This document shows, piece by piece, positions 18,201-26,491 of a stretch of 64,000 bases of DNA (position 1 is its first letter; each line of letters starts with the position of its first letter). The DNA comes from an uncultured Ruminococcus sp. (lineage in GTDB: Bacteria; Bacillota; Clostridia; Oscillospirales; CAG-272), in assembly GCA_902782445.1 (NCBI GenBank), contig CACZNC010000007.1, positions 12,292 through 76,291 of the forward strand. The letters run 5' to 3'. Below the pieces are notes generated by a model. That model made no database searches, was not told where the DNA came from, and worked only from the letters and a program-made list of their open reading frames with translations. The position numbers and the translations under genes are program-made.

Positions 18201-18913
18201 AATCCGATGGGGCGGCCGTCCTCGATGACGTTCCCGGTCTGGATACACATAAGGATCGCCTGGGTGTCCGCATCGGTGCGCGCGATATAATGGACGTCGT
18301 TGGTGGCGGCCATCGGGATCCCGGTGCGGCGGGCGATCCGCGCGATCCCGGCGTTCACCACGTCGTCGTCCCGGAGCCCGTGGTCCTGGATCTCGAGATA
18401 GAAATTCCCCCGTCCGAACATGCGGTCCAGCCGGAGGGCGTATTCCTGCGCGCGGTCGTATTCTCCGGCGACGATGGCCCGGGGGATGAATCCGGCGAGG
18501 CAGGCGGACAGGCAGATAAGTCCCTCCGCATGTTCCTCCAGCAGATCGAGGTCGATGCGGGGTTTCGAGTAGAATCCCTCGGTAAAGGCCTTCGACACGA
18601 GGGCGATGAGATTGGCGTAGCCCGTTTCGTTCTTCACGAGCAGGACGAGGTGGTTCGAGCCCTGATCCATCTCCCGCTCCCTGTCGAACCGGCTCCGCTT
18701 CGCCACGTAGACCTCGCATCCGATGATCGGCTTGATCCCCTCCGCGCGGCAGGCTTTATAAAACTCCACCACGCCGTACATGTTCCCGTGGTCGGTGATG
18801 GCGACGGCGTTCTGACCCGCAGCTTTGGCCGCCTTCGGGATATCCGCGACCCGGCAGGCTCCGTCGAGCAGGCTGTATTCGCTGTGGAGATGCAGATGCA
18901 CGAAATCCGGCAT
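15278..18913 (-). CDS. dnaE: DNA polymerase III alpha subunit, DnaE-type
   Basis: ORF 15278..19597(-). Start reset to ATG 18913 (MPDFVHLHLHSEYSLLDGA, PHP domain), RBS GAAAGGAA. The listed upstream extension overlaps whiA out of frame. Confidence 0.95.
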   Translation of the reverse strand: MPDFVHLHLHSEYSLLDGACRVADIPKAAKAAGQNAVAITDHGNMYGVVEFYKACRAEGIKPIIGCEVYVAKRSRFDREREMDQGSNHLVLLVKNETGYANLIALVSKAFTEGFYSKPRIDLDLLEEHAEGLICLSACLAGFIPRAIVAGEYDRAQEYALRLDRMFGRGNFYLEIQDHGLRDDDVVNAGIARIARRTGIPMAATNDVHYIARTDADTQAILMCIQTGNVIEDGRPIGFETDEFYFKSSAEMEKLFRDYEGAVENTQKIADMCSYDFEFGKIKLPRYTPENGMQPDDFLRSLAFSGLEKKIADGHIVFEGERTREVYEQRIEYELSVIRQMGYGEYYLIVWDFVHAAKEKGIPVGPGRGSGAGSLVAYLVGITDIDSIRFDLLFERFLNPERVSMPDFDIDFCYDRRDEAIAYVREKYGEDRTAQIVTFGTLAARAAVRDVGRALGMSYGDVDAVAKQIPQELGMTLAKALDAVPSLKSLYEDDDRVHRLISVASALEGMPRHASTHAAGVVITDRPVTDYVPVSVNSGVIVTQFDMDTVAELGLLKFDFLALRYLTIIDGAEREIREKIPGFDLSKVDIADPATYDTISAGRTDGVFQLESAGMRQMLVSLQPQSLDDIIAAIALYRPGPMDSIPKYIEARHDPSKIRYATSRLAPILDVTYGCIVYQEQVMQIFREIAGYTFGHADVVRRAISKKKQGVLESERQSFIDGAKERGISEKDAVELFDDIVSFANYAFNKSHAAAYAVLSFRTAYLKTHFPKEYLSALLTSVRSSADKIAEYAADCAKQGIAVLPPDVNRSRADFHAEEGGIRFGMTALRNVGEGFIARLVAEREKNGPFRNADDFMDRMKDADMNKRQMETLIKSGSLDSLGVFRSRWLAVYESVMERRSAARQNGMEGQIGLFDTALQMPRQIPHIEFPELAEFTAREKLALEKECCGLYLSGHILDDYGAHIAALNPASVREIRASFEEEGEDGEETAKTAPLYRDKSRATVAGSVSKRVNKATRGGEQMAFVTLEDKTGSVELVIFPKVLARYGHLLTFDAVVAASGTVSVREDEAPKLLCDRVIPLVSDSQAAEDPDSIGRANAELNRQPGPAAQTAEIQAVPTDPVPPAPDRTPAPRETGAVPAVPSKIFLRAPSEQSTEFKRARALCLIFPGSVPAVFYSSETREYLKPPLSVKPTPLVLGELREMLGEENVVLR

Positions 18914-18930
18914 GGCGTTTTCCTTTCGGT

Positions 18931-19659
18931 TCAGGTTCCGTTCTCTCCGAGCTCTTCCGCCGCGGCGAGGATCTTTTCCAGCCGGTGCTTGACGCCGGAC
19001 TTGGAGATGGGGGGAGAATGCAGTTTTCCGAGGTCTTCGAAGGTGAGGGATTCGTTTGCGATCCGAAGTTCGCCCGTGAACCGGACTTCCTCGGGGAGCA
19101 GGTCGTACCGTCCGGCGGCCTTGAGCTTTTCGGCGGCGTCCGCGTATTTCTTCACGGCGCGGAGCTGCTTTTCGATGTTGGCGGTGTCGAAATTGACCTG
19201 CCGGTTGACGTTGCCGCGGAATTCCCGGTCGATCTTGGCGTTCATAACCTCGAAGGAGGCGGCGGTGGCTCCGAGGAAGGCGAGAAAGTCCTCGACGGCT
19301 CCGCTCTCCCGCAGATAGAGCACGGATCTGCCCCGGCGGGAGGCGAGCCCGAAGGAGAAACCGATCTCCCCGGCCATGTCCCGCACCGCTTCCGCCGACT
19401 CCCTGTCGGGAAAGCTCATATCGAGCTGATAGGACTTCGCGGGATCGGTGACGGATCCGGCGGCGCAAAAGATCCCCCGGAAGAACACCGCCCGGCAGTT
19501 CTCGCACCGGCACCGGTTCCAGACGGAGGAAAGCTTTTCCGCTCCCCATCCGCTCTCCCGGACCGCTTCGAGATCCTCTCCGGTCCGGCGGCAGCACTTT
19601 TTCCGGACCTCAGCGGCCGCAAGCTGGGATTTGACTTTTTGGGAAAAGGATTCAGGCAT
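18931..19659 (-). CDS. whiA: DNA-binding protein WhiA (short, 242 aa form)
   Basis: Matches include CRAVFFRGIFCAAGSVTDP, the LAGLIDADG-like core NRQVNFDTANIEKQ, and the C-terminal HTH LTFEDLGKLHSPPISKSGVKHRLEKI. It starts 3 nt after the murB stop codon. Confidence 0.8.
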   Translation of the reverse strand: MPESFSQKVKSQLAAAEVRKKCCRRTGEDLEAVRESGWGAEKLSSVWNRCRCENCRAVFFRGIFCAAGSVTDPAKSYQLDMSFPDRESAEAVRDMAGEIGFSFGLASRRGRSVLYLRESGAVEDFLAFLGATAASFEVMNAKIDREFRGNVNRQVNFDTANIEKQLRAVKKYADAAEKLKAAGRYDLLPEEVRFTGELRIANESLTFEDLGKLHSPPISKSGVKHRLEKILAAAEELGENGT

Positions 19660-19662
19660 GGC

Positions 19663-20589
19663 TCACACGACCCGGATGATCTCGCACTCCAGCTCGACGC
19701 CGTAGTTCTTCCGCACGGTGTCCCGGATGTGCTCCACCAGCGCGAGGACGTCCGCCGAGGTCGCGCCGCCGCGGTTGACGATGAATCCCGCGTGCTTTTC
19801 GGAGACCTCCGCCCCGCCGATCCTGTATCCCTTGAGCCCGCTCTCCTCCACCATCTGTCCGACGAAATGGCCCTCGGGACGCTTGAACACGCTCCCGGCG
19901 CTCGGGAATTCGAGGGGCTGCTTCGACGTCCGGCGATCCATGATCCCGGTCATTTTCGCGGCAATCGTTTCTTTCTCTCCTTCATCGAGCCTGAAGGAAG
20001 CGGAGAGGACCGCGAGATCTCCCCGGCGATAAACGCTGTCCCGGTAGCCGAAAAGTTGGTCTTCGGGTTCGAGATCCAGAATTTCCCCGGTCTCCCGGTC
20101 ACAGGCGGTGCTGGCACACAAAACGTCCCTGATCTCCCCGCCGTAGGCACCCGCGTTCATCGCGACGGCTCCGCCCACCGATCCGGGGATGCCGTAGGCG
20201 AATTCGAGACCCGTGAGGGAGGCGTCCCGCGCGGCCTTGCAGACCTGAGCGAGCAGAGCCCCCGCCTCCGCCGTCACCGTATTCCCTTCCACCCGGACGG
20301 AATCGAGTCCGCCCATGCCGATCACAGCACCCCGGTAGCCCGCGTCGTCGAAGAGGACGTTGCTCCCCCGGCCGAGAAGGAAATATTTCGTCCCCGTCTC
20401 CCGGGCGGCGCGGATCAGGGCACGGAAGGCTTCGCGGTCCTTCGGCACGAGAAAGAGATCCGCCTCCCCTCCGATGCGGAACGTGGTATGGCGGCACATC
20501 GGTTCCCCCCGGGTGATGCCGATCGCGCCGTCCTGATTCCGGTTGTATTCCTCCGCCCATTTTTCGAGCAGGCGGGTTTTCTCCGTCAT
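19663..20589 (-). CDS. murB: UDP-N-acetylenolpyruvoylglucosamine reductase
   Basis: Motifs MCRHTTFRIGGEADLFLVPKD, GRGSNVLFDD, AGSVFKRP and SEKHAGFIVN. Confidence 0.93.
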   Translation of the reverse strand: MTEKTRLLEKWAEEYNRNQDGAIGITRGEPMCRHTTFRIGGEADLFLVPKDREAFRALIRAARETGTKYFLLGRGSNVLFDDAGYRGAVIGMGGLDSVRVEGNTVTAEAGALLAQVCKAARDASLTGLEFAYGIPGSVGGAVAMNAGAYGGEIRDVLCASTACDRETGEILDLEPEDQLFGYRDSVYRRGDLAVLSASFRLDEGEKETIAAKMTGIMDRRTSKQPLEFPSAGSVFKRPEGHFVGQMVEESGLKGYRIGGAEVSEKHAGFIVNRGGATSADVLALVEHIRDTVRKNYGVELECEIIRVV

Positions 20590-21302
20590 GGCAGCCTCTC
20601 CCTCAAAAGGTCCGGGATCCCGGACAGTGTGTGTACAGTATATGTGAGCGTCCTCCCGCCGTCCCCTTCGTTCTTCGGGTCAAAGCGGCAGATATCGAGC
20701 CCGTATGCGATGGCCCCGTCGCAGTCCGAGGTGAGCGAATCCCCGATCACGAGGACCCTCTCCTTCGGCGGATTCCCGAGGGCGGAAAAGACCGCGTCGA
20801 AATACTCCCGCCGGGGCTTCTGGACGCCGATCTCCTCCGAGACGAACATCCCGCGGAAATACGGCTTAAGAACGGAGCGTCCGAAGCGGCCCCGCTGGAT
20901 CATCGAGATCCCGTTTGTGATGATATACAGGGCATAGTCCCGCGCGAGCCGGCGGCAGACCTCCTCCGCCCCGTCGACAAGGCAGGTCTGGAGCGAAAGG
21001 GCTTCCATATAGACGTCCCGCAGGAAAGCTGCATCCGACAGAGTCTCCCCGTCGTCCGGGCGGCCCGTGAGGAGCAGAAGCCGGCGGAAGCGTTCGATCT
21101 TGAGCTCTTCGATCCCGATCCCGCCACATTCGAGCCGCTTCCACAGGCCGGCGTTGATCTCCGAATAGGCGCGGAACAGTTCTTCCGTCAAAGGGAGACC
21201 GACCCTCTCCGCCGTCTCCCGAAACGCGTTCCGTTCGGCGAGAGAGAAGTCGAAGAGGGTGTTGTCCGCGTCGAAAAGGAGGATGTCGTAGCGGGGCGTC
21301 AT
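20586..21302 (-). CDS. HAD-IA family hydrolase (YjjG-like nucleotidase)
   Basis: ORF 20586..21686(-). Start reset to ATG 21302, an ATGA overlap with the tyrS stop codon. Motifs DILLFDADNTLFDF (DxDxT), ITNG and GDSLTSD. Confidence 0.8.
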   Translation of the reverse strand: MTPRYDILLFDADNTLFDFSLAERNAFRETAERVGLPLTEELFRAYSEINAGLWKRLECGGIGIEELKIERFRRLLLLTGRPDDGETLSDAAFLRDVYMEALSLQTCLVDGAEEVCRRLARDYALYIITNGISMIQRGRFGRSVLKPYFRGMFVSEEIGVQKPRREYFDAVFSALGNPPKERVLVIGDSLTSDCDGAIAYGLDICRFDPKNEGDGGRTLTYTVHTLSGIPDLLRERLP

Positions 21303-22525
21303 GCCTTCGTGAATTTGTGGAAGTTCTTCTTCCCCTTCTTCACGATCAGGCCGTCGCCTTCGAACCGGGACGCTTCCACGGCGGTGGAGACGTCGGCGAC
21401 CTTTTCGTCCCCGATCATCGCGCCGCCCTGCTGGATGGTCCGGCGGGCATCCGATTTGGTGGAGCAGAATCCGGCCTTGACGAGGAGGTCGATTACGGTG
21501 ATTTTGCCGTCCGTGAAATCCGCGTCCGTCAGAGCGGTGGTGGGCATGTCGGAGTTGTCGGCGCCGCCCGCGAAGAGCGCTCTTGCCGCGCCCTTGGCCT
21601 TCGCCGCTTCTTCCTCGCCGTGCACCATCTTCGTGAGCTCGTAGGCGAGGATCTCCTTCGCTTCGTTGAGCTGGCTGCCCTCCCATCTGTCCATCTCGGC
21701 GATCTGGTCAAGGGGCAGGAAGGTGAGCATCCGCACGCACTTCATGACATCCGCGTCGCCCACGTTGCGCCAGTACTGGTAGAACTCAAAGGGAGTGGTC
21801 TTGTTCGGATCGAGCCAGACGGCGTTTCCGGCGGTCTTGCCCATCTTTTTGCCCTGGGAGTCGGTGAGAAGGGTGATCGTCATGGCATGGGCGTCCTCGC
21901 CGAGCTTCTTGCGGATCAGTTCCGTGCCGCCGAGCATATTGGACCACTGGTCGTCGCCGCCGAACTGCATGTTGCAGCCGTAGTTCTTGAACAGGTAGTA
22001 GAAGTCGTAGGACTGCATGATCATGTAGTTGAACTCGAAGAAGGAAAGTCCCCGCTCCATTCTCTGCTTGTAGCATTCGGCTCTCAGCATGTTGTTGACG
22101 GAGAAGCAGGCTCCGACTTCGCGCAGAAGCTCGACGTAATTGAGATCGAGGAGCCAGTCGGCGTTGTTCACCATCATCGCCCTGCCCTCGCCGAAGTCGA
22201 TGAAGCGTTCCATCTGACGGCGGAAGCAGGCGGCGTTGTGGTCGATATCCTCCCTCGTGAGCATTTTGCGCATGTCGGTCCGGCCGGAGGGGTCTCCGAT
22301 CATGGTGGTGCCGCCGCCGATCAGGGCGATGGGCTTGTTCCCCGCCGCCTGCAGACGCTTCATGAGGGTGAGCGCCATGAAATGCCCGGCGGTGAGGCTG
22401 TCCGCGGTGCAGTCGAATCCGATATAGAATTTCGCCTTGCCCGCGTTCACCATGGTGCGGATCTGTTCTTCGTCGGTGACCTGCGCGATCAGGCCGCGGC
22501 TTTTGAGTTCTTCGTAGATACCCAT
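21299..22525 (-). CDS. tyrS: Tyrosine--tRNA ligase
   Basis: Matches include YIGFDCTADSLTAGHFMAL (HIGH-like), the KMGKT (KMSKS) loop and a C-terminal S4-like domain. Confidence 0.95.
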   Translation of the reverse strand: MGIYEELKSRGLIAQVTDEEQIRTMVNAGKAKFYIGFDCTADSLTAGHFMALTLMKRLQAAGNKPIALIGGGTTMIGDPSGRTDMRKMLTREDIDHNAACFRRQMERFIDFGEGRAMMVNNADWLLDLNYVELLREVGACFSVNNMLRAECYKQRMERGLSFFEFNYMIMQSYDFYYLFKNYGCNMQFGGDDQWSNMLGGTELIRKKLGEDAHAMTITLLTDSQGKKMGKTAGNAVWLDPNKTTPFEFYQYWRNVGDADVMKCVRMLTFLPLDQIAEMDRWEGSQLNEAKEILAYELTKMVHGEEEAAKAKGAARALFAGGADNSDMPTTALTDADFTDGKITVIDLLVKAGFCSTKSDARRTIQQGGAMIGDEKVADVSTAVEASRFEGDGLIVKKGKKNFHKFTKA

Positions 22526-22576
22526 CGGTTTTTGTTCTCCTGTGAATGAATATGAAATATGGATTGATGGCTGTTT

Positions 22577-24277
22577 TTACCGGACCGTCCCGCTTTTGGC
22601 GAGCATTTCCTCCGCGGCGGCGTTCTGTTTCTCCGTGACGTCGATGCCGCCGATGATCCTCGCGATCTCCGCGGTCCTCTCGTCCCCTTCGATCTCCCGG
22701 ACCTCGCTCTCTGTCCGCCCGTCCCGCTCGTGCTTTTCGATCAGCAGATGGCATGGGGCGATGGAGGCGATCTGCGGGGAGTGGGTGACGGCGATGACCT
22801 GCGCGTTCTCCGAAAGCCGTTTCAACATGATGCCGATCCGCTCCGAGGTCCCGCCGGACACGCCCGTGTCGATCTCGTCGAAGATCAGCGTCGCGGATTC
22901 GTTTTTCGCGGCGAGGGCGGTCATGACGGCCAGCGTGATGCGCGAGAGTTCGCCGCCGGAGGAGACTTTGCCGAGGGATCCGAGTTCCTCCCCGGCGTTG
23001 ACGGAGATGAGGAAGTCGATCTCGTCCCCTCCGTCCGCCCGGAAGACCGGCGCGCCCTTTTCCGTGAGGGGGTCCACCGTGACGCGGAACCGCACCTTCG
23101 GCATGTCGAGGAATTTCAACGAGGAGACGATCTCCCCGGTCAGGCGTTCGGCGGCGGCGGTCCTCTTTTCCCTCAGCTTCGCGGCCGCTTCCGCCGTTTC
23201 CGCCTCTTTGCCCGCAAGCTCCTTTTCGAGCTGGGCGACGCGGAAATCCCCGTCCTCAAGCTCGGCGATCTTCGACGCGATCTCGGCGCGCTTTTCCTTG
23301 ATCTCTGCTATGTTCGCGCCGTATTTGCGCTCCAGCTTTTCGATCAGGGCGAGGCGGGCTTCGATCTGGGTGAGGCGTTCGGCGGGATCCCCGGCTTCGT
23401 CCGCGTCGAGGGCGTCCTTGACCCGCTCCGCGATATCGAGGATCTCGTACCGGTATCCCCGCAGTCTGGCGGCCATGCCCTCCGCGTCCTCGACCGTGTC
23501 GGCAAGCTGGGTCAGGGCGTTCTCGGCCCGTTCCAGAAGATACGCGGCGGTGGCTCCCTTTTCGCTGTCGCTGAGGGCGCGGGAGACGATCCCGGCGTAT
23601 TTCGTGACTTTCTCGAGGCTTTTCAGCCGCGCGCGGGCACGGAGGAGCTTTTCTTCCTCGTCGTCGGCGGAGAGGCGGGCGGAGTCGATCTCCTTCTTCT
23701 GATATTTCAGAATGTCGAGCATCATTTCCCGCTGGCTCATGGCCTCCCGGTGCTCCGCAATCTTCCGCCTGAGCTCCGCGAGCTCCCCGTACAGCCGCCC
23801 GTAGTCCTCTCTCTCCTCCCCGTCGTCCGCGAAGGCGTCGAGCAAGGCGGGATAGGCTCCCCGGTCCGCAAAATCATTGCGCTCGTTCTGAGTCTGGATG
23901 TTGAGCAGGACCGGTGCGATCTCGCGCAGGGCGGAAAGCGGGGCAGCTCTCCGGTTGATCCGGGCGGAGGATCGTCCGTCGGCGTTGACGATGCGGCTGA
24001 TTTCGAGCAGTCCGTCCTCGTCGGGGGGACTTCCGAGAGCGGCAAGACGTTCCGACGCCTCCGGGGAACAGGAAAAGATGGCCGAAACCCGGGCGCGCTC
24101 CTCGCCTGTCCGAAGCAGTTCCCTCCCGTTCTTCGCTCCGCAGAGCAGAAGGAGGCTGTCGATCACGATGGATTTGCCCGCTCCGGTCTGTCCGGTCATG
24201 ACGGTAAAGCCGCCGCGGAAGGAGATCTCCACATGGCGCGCGACGGCGATATTTTCGATGGTAAGGGTTTCAAGCAT
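22577..24277 (-). CDS. recN: DNA repair protein RecN
   Basis: N-terminal Walker A MTGQTGAGKSI, a coiled-coil middle section, and C-terminal SGGELSRITLA signature followed by LIFDEIDTGVSG. Confidence 0.95.
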   Translation of the reverse strand: MLETLTIENIAVARHVEISFRGGFTVMTGQTGAGKSIVIDSLLLLCGAKNGRELLRTGEERARVSAIFSCSPEASERLAALGSPPDEDGLLEISRIVNADGRSSARINRRAAPLSALREIAPVLLNIQTQNERNDFADRGAYPALLDAFADDGEEREDYGRLYGELAELRRKIAEHREAMSQREMMLDILKYQKKEIDSARLSADDEEEKLLRARARLKSLEKVTKYAGIVSRALSDSEKGATAAYLLERAENALTQLADTVEDAEGMAARLRGYRYEILDIAERVKDALDADEAGDPAERLTQIEARLALIEKLERKYGANIAEIKEKRAEIASKIAELEDGDFRVAQLEKELAGKEAETAEAAAKLREKRTAAAERLTGEIVSSLKFLDMPKVRFRVTVDPLTEKGAPVFRADGGDEIDFLISVNAGEELGSLGKVSSGGELSRITLAVMTALAAKNESATLIFDEIDTGVSGGTSERIGIMLKRLSENAQVIAVTHSPQIASIAPCHLLIEKHERDGRTESEVREIEGDERTAEIARIIGGIDVTEKQNAAAEEMLAKSGTVR

Positions 24278-24305
24278 GGCGAGGTCCCGCCTCTGGCTCC
24301 TTCTC

Positions 24306-24758
24306 TCAGGAATTGATGAGCTTGGTGATGCGGTGGGCGATGGCTTCTGCGGCTTCGTTGTCGCGGCATACGATGATGATGCAGTCGTCCCCTGCGACGC
24401 AGCCGAGGATATCCGCCTCGTGGAGGGTGTCGACTCCGGCGGCGACGGCCTGGGCCATGCCCGCGTAGGTCTTGATGACGATGTCGTTCTGGGAGAAGTC
24501 CACGTTCTTCACGGAGGAAGCGAGGGCTCTCGAATAGACATGCTGGTTTTCGCTCCCGTTGTTCTTCGGGACGACATATTTGTAGGTGCCCATGTCGGAC
24601 ATCTGTTTCAGCAGCTTGAGTTCCCGGATATCGCGGGAAACGGTGGCCTGCGTGACGTCGAATCCGGCGAGCTTCAGCTTGGCGATCAGCTCTTCCTGCG
24701 TCTCGATGTTGTAGTTCTCGATGATTTCAAGGATCTTGTTGTGTCGCTTGACCTTCAT
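24306..24758 (-). CDS. argR: Arginine repressor
   Basis: MKVKRHNKILEIIENYNIETQEELIAKLKLAGFDVTQATVSRDIRELKL winged helix. C-terminal GCVAGDDCIIIV (GTIAGDDT-like) motif. Confidence 0.93.
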   Translation of the reverse strand: MKVKRHNKILEIIENYNIETQEELIAKLKLAGFDVTQATVSRDIRELKLLKQMSDMGTYKYVVPKNNGSENQHVYSRALASSVKNVDFSQNDIVIKTYAGMAQAVAAGVDTLHEADILGCVAGDDCIIIVCRDNEAAEAIAHRITKLINS

Positions 24759-24846
24759 GTCGTCCTTTCCGGCCGGAGCCTGCCTGATACGGCGTTCTGA
24801 TAGTGATTGCGGAACATGGATATATGTGACGGAAGTCTTTCCTGTT

Positions 24847-25725
24847 TTATTCGGACAGCTTCGCGCGGAGTACGTTGAGAAAACCGTCGTCCCGGACCCG
24901 GATCAGTCTGGTGCGGTGGGCGGAGCGGCAGATCTCCACTCTGTCCCCCGGCTGGATGGCGAGTTCGTCCCGCCCGTCCGCGTTCAGCCAGACGGAAGCG
25001 TTGTTGTTCCGGATCCCCTTGATTTCCAGCCGGGCGTCCCCGCGGAAGATCACGGGGCGGCTCGAAAGCGTGTGGGGACAGATCGGGGTCGCGCAGACGG
25101 CGGCGACGGAGGGATCCAGCACGGGACCGCCCGCCGAGAGGGAATAAGCTGTCGAGCCCGTGGGCGTGGCGAAAATCATGCCGTCCGCCCGGCAGGTCTC
25201 GATCAGCACGCCGTCGCAGAACACGTCGAAGGAAATGAGCCGCGCGACGGGGCCGTTCGTCAGCACGATGTCGTTGAGCACGGTGAAGGTCCCGCGTCTC
25301 TTCCCCTCCGTGTCGGTCACGGCGGAATCGAGCATCATGCGCTCCTCCACGGCATAGTTCCCGGCGGGGAGCCTGTCGAGCAGTTCCGCTTCGCCGATCT
25401 CGATCCCGGCGAGGAATCCGACGCGGCCGTAGTTGACCCCGAGGATGGGGACGTTCTGCCCGAGGAGGCGGTGGGAGGCCTCGATGATGGAGCCGTCCCC
25501 TCCCAGCACGATGGCGGCGGCGTCCTCCGGCCCGTTTTCCCCGTCAGGTCCTTCCCAGACGAAGGAGAGCCGTTCTCCGAGGGGCGCGAGATGATTCGCG
25601 AATTCCGGCAGGGTCCCGACGGATCCGCCCGAGGCTTTGAGCCGGTCCGCGATCCCCGCGATGGCCTCCTTCGGGATCTGCTTGGAGGTGTTCGGGATCA
25701 GGATAAATCGTTTCAGTTCATTCAT
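24847..25725 (-). CDS. nadK: NAD(+) kinase
   Basis: Motifs VLGGDGSIIEA, NYGRVGFLA and PTGSTAYSLSAGGP. Confidence 0.93.
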   Translation of the reverse strand: MNELKRFILIPNTSKQIPKEAIAGIADRLKASGGSVGTLPEFANHLAPLGERLSFVWEGPDGENGPEDAAAIVLGGDGSIIEASHRLLGQNVPILGVNYGRVGFLAGIEIGEAELLDRLPAGNYAVEERMMLDSAVTDTEGKRRGTFTVLNDIVLTNGPVARLISFDVFCDGVLIETCRADGMIFATPTGSTAYSLSAGGPVLDPSVAAVCATPICPHTLSSRPVIFRGDARLEIKGIRNNNASVWLNADGRDELAIQPGDRVEICRSAHRTRLIRVRDDGFLNVLRAKLSE

Positions 25726-26491
25726 CTATGGCCTCCCGGATCTGACGTTCCCCGACAAGGCGTTTCTCCCCCGGTCGGGCTGCGGCGAGGAACTCCGTGT
25801 TGCCGTCTCCGCCGCGGACGGGGGATTTCATAAGTCCAAAGGTCCCGAGCCCGTTCTCTTCGAGGGCGGAGAGGACCTTTTCCACGGCTTCCCTGTGGCG
25901 CGCGGGGGACCGGACGACGCCGTTCTTCGAGAGAGCTTCCCGCCCGCATTCGAACTGCGGCTTGATGAGGCCTACATAACAAGCGTCCGGCGCGAGGATC
26001 CCGGCGAGGGCGGGGAGCACGAGGGTCTGGGAGATAAAGGAGAGGTCCAGCACCGCGATCCCGCACGGTTCGGGAATGATCTCTGGCGAGAGGAGCCGGG
26101 CGTTGACCCCTTCGAGATTCACGACCCGGGGGTCTGCCGCGAGGGCGGGATCCAGCTGACCGTGCCCGGCGTCCACCGCCCAGACCTTCCGTGCTCCGCG
26201 GCGCAGAAGGCAGTCGGTGAATCCCCCGGTGGACGCGCCTACGTCGACGCAGATCCGTCCGGCAGGGTCGATCCCGAACCGGTCGAGGGCGGCCTCCAGC
26301 TTCATTCCTCCCCGGCCTACGTAGGGGTGATCCTCCCCGAGGATAGAGAGGACCGCCGTGTCGTCCACCTCGAAGGACGGCTTGCGGATCACGGTCCCGT
26401 CCGCCGTCACGAATCCTTTTTCAATGAGATCCCGGGCGCGGGTGCGGCTTTTCGCCAGTCCCCGGGCGGCGAGAGCGAGATCCAGTCTCAT
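25718..26491 (-). CDS. tlyA: TlyA-family rRNA (cytidine-2'-O)-methyltransferase
   Basis: ORF 25718..27145(-). Start reset to ATG 26491, an ATGA overlap with the ispA stop codon. S4 domain MRLDLALAARGLAKSRTRARDLI and SAM motif VDVGASTGGFTDCLL. Confidence 0.9.
   Translation of the reverse strand: MRLDLALAARGLAKSRTRARDLIEKGFVTADGTVIRKPSFEVDDTAVLSILGEDHPYVGRGGMKLEAALDRFGIDPAGRICVDVGASTGGFTDCLLRRGARKVWAVDAGHGQLDPALAADPRVVNLEGVNARLLSPEIIPEPCGIAVLDLSFISQTLVLPALAGILAPDACYVGLIKPQFECGREALSKNGVVRSPARHREAVEKVLSALEENGLGTFGLMKSPVRGGDGNTEFLAAARPGEKRLVGERQIREAIDE

Noticed and set aside
15263-19318. 1351-aa ORF on the plus strand spanning dnaE and part of whiA
   Set aside because: It is antisense to a gene with unmistakable DnaE motifs. 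The translation is Arg/Gly/Pro/Asp-rich low-complexity with no motif. This is a typical stop-codon-poor antisense frame in a high-GC3 genome.
15278-19597. Long 5' extensions of listed ORFs (dnaE to 19597; also 6997..8244, 9003..11315, 20586..21686, 25718..27145, 27632..29029, 28911..30029, 40579..42246)
   Set aside because: The extensions overlap the upstream genes out of frame and are Arg/Pro-rich. Internal ATG/GTG codons with Shine-Dalgarno sequences or ATGA/GTGA overlaps reproduce the canonical N-termini.
24759-24860. Possible ARG box (GAATAAAA) upstream of argR for autoregulation
   Set aside because: It is only a half-site-like match, overlaps the nadK stop codon, and has no convincing 18-bp palindrome.
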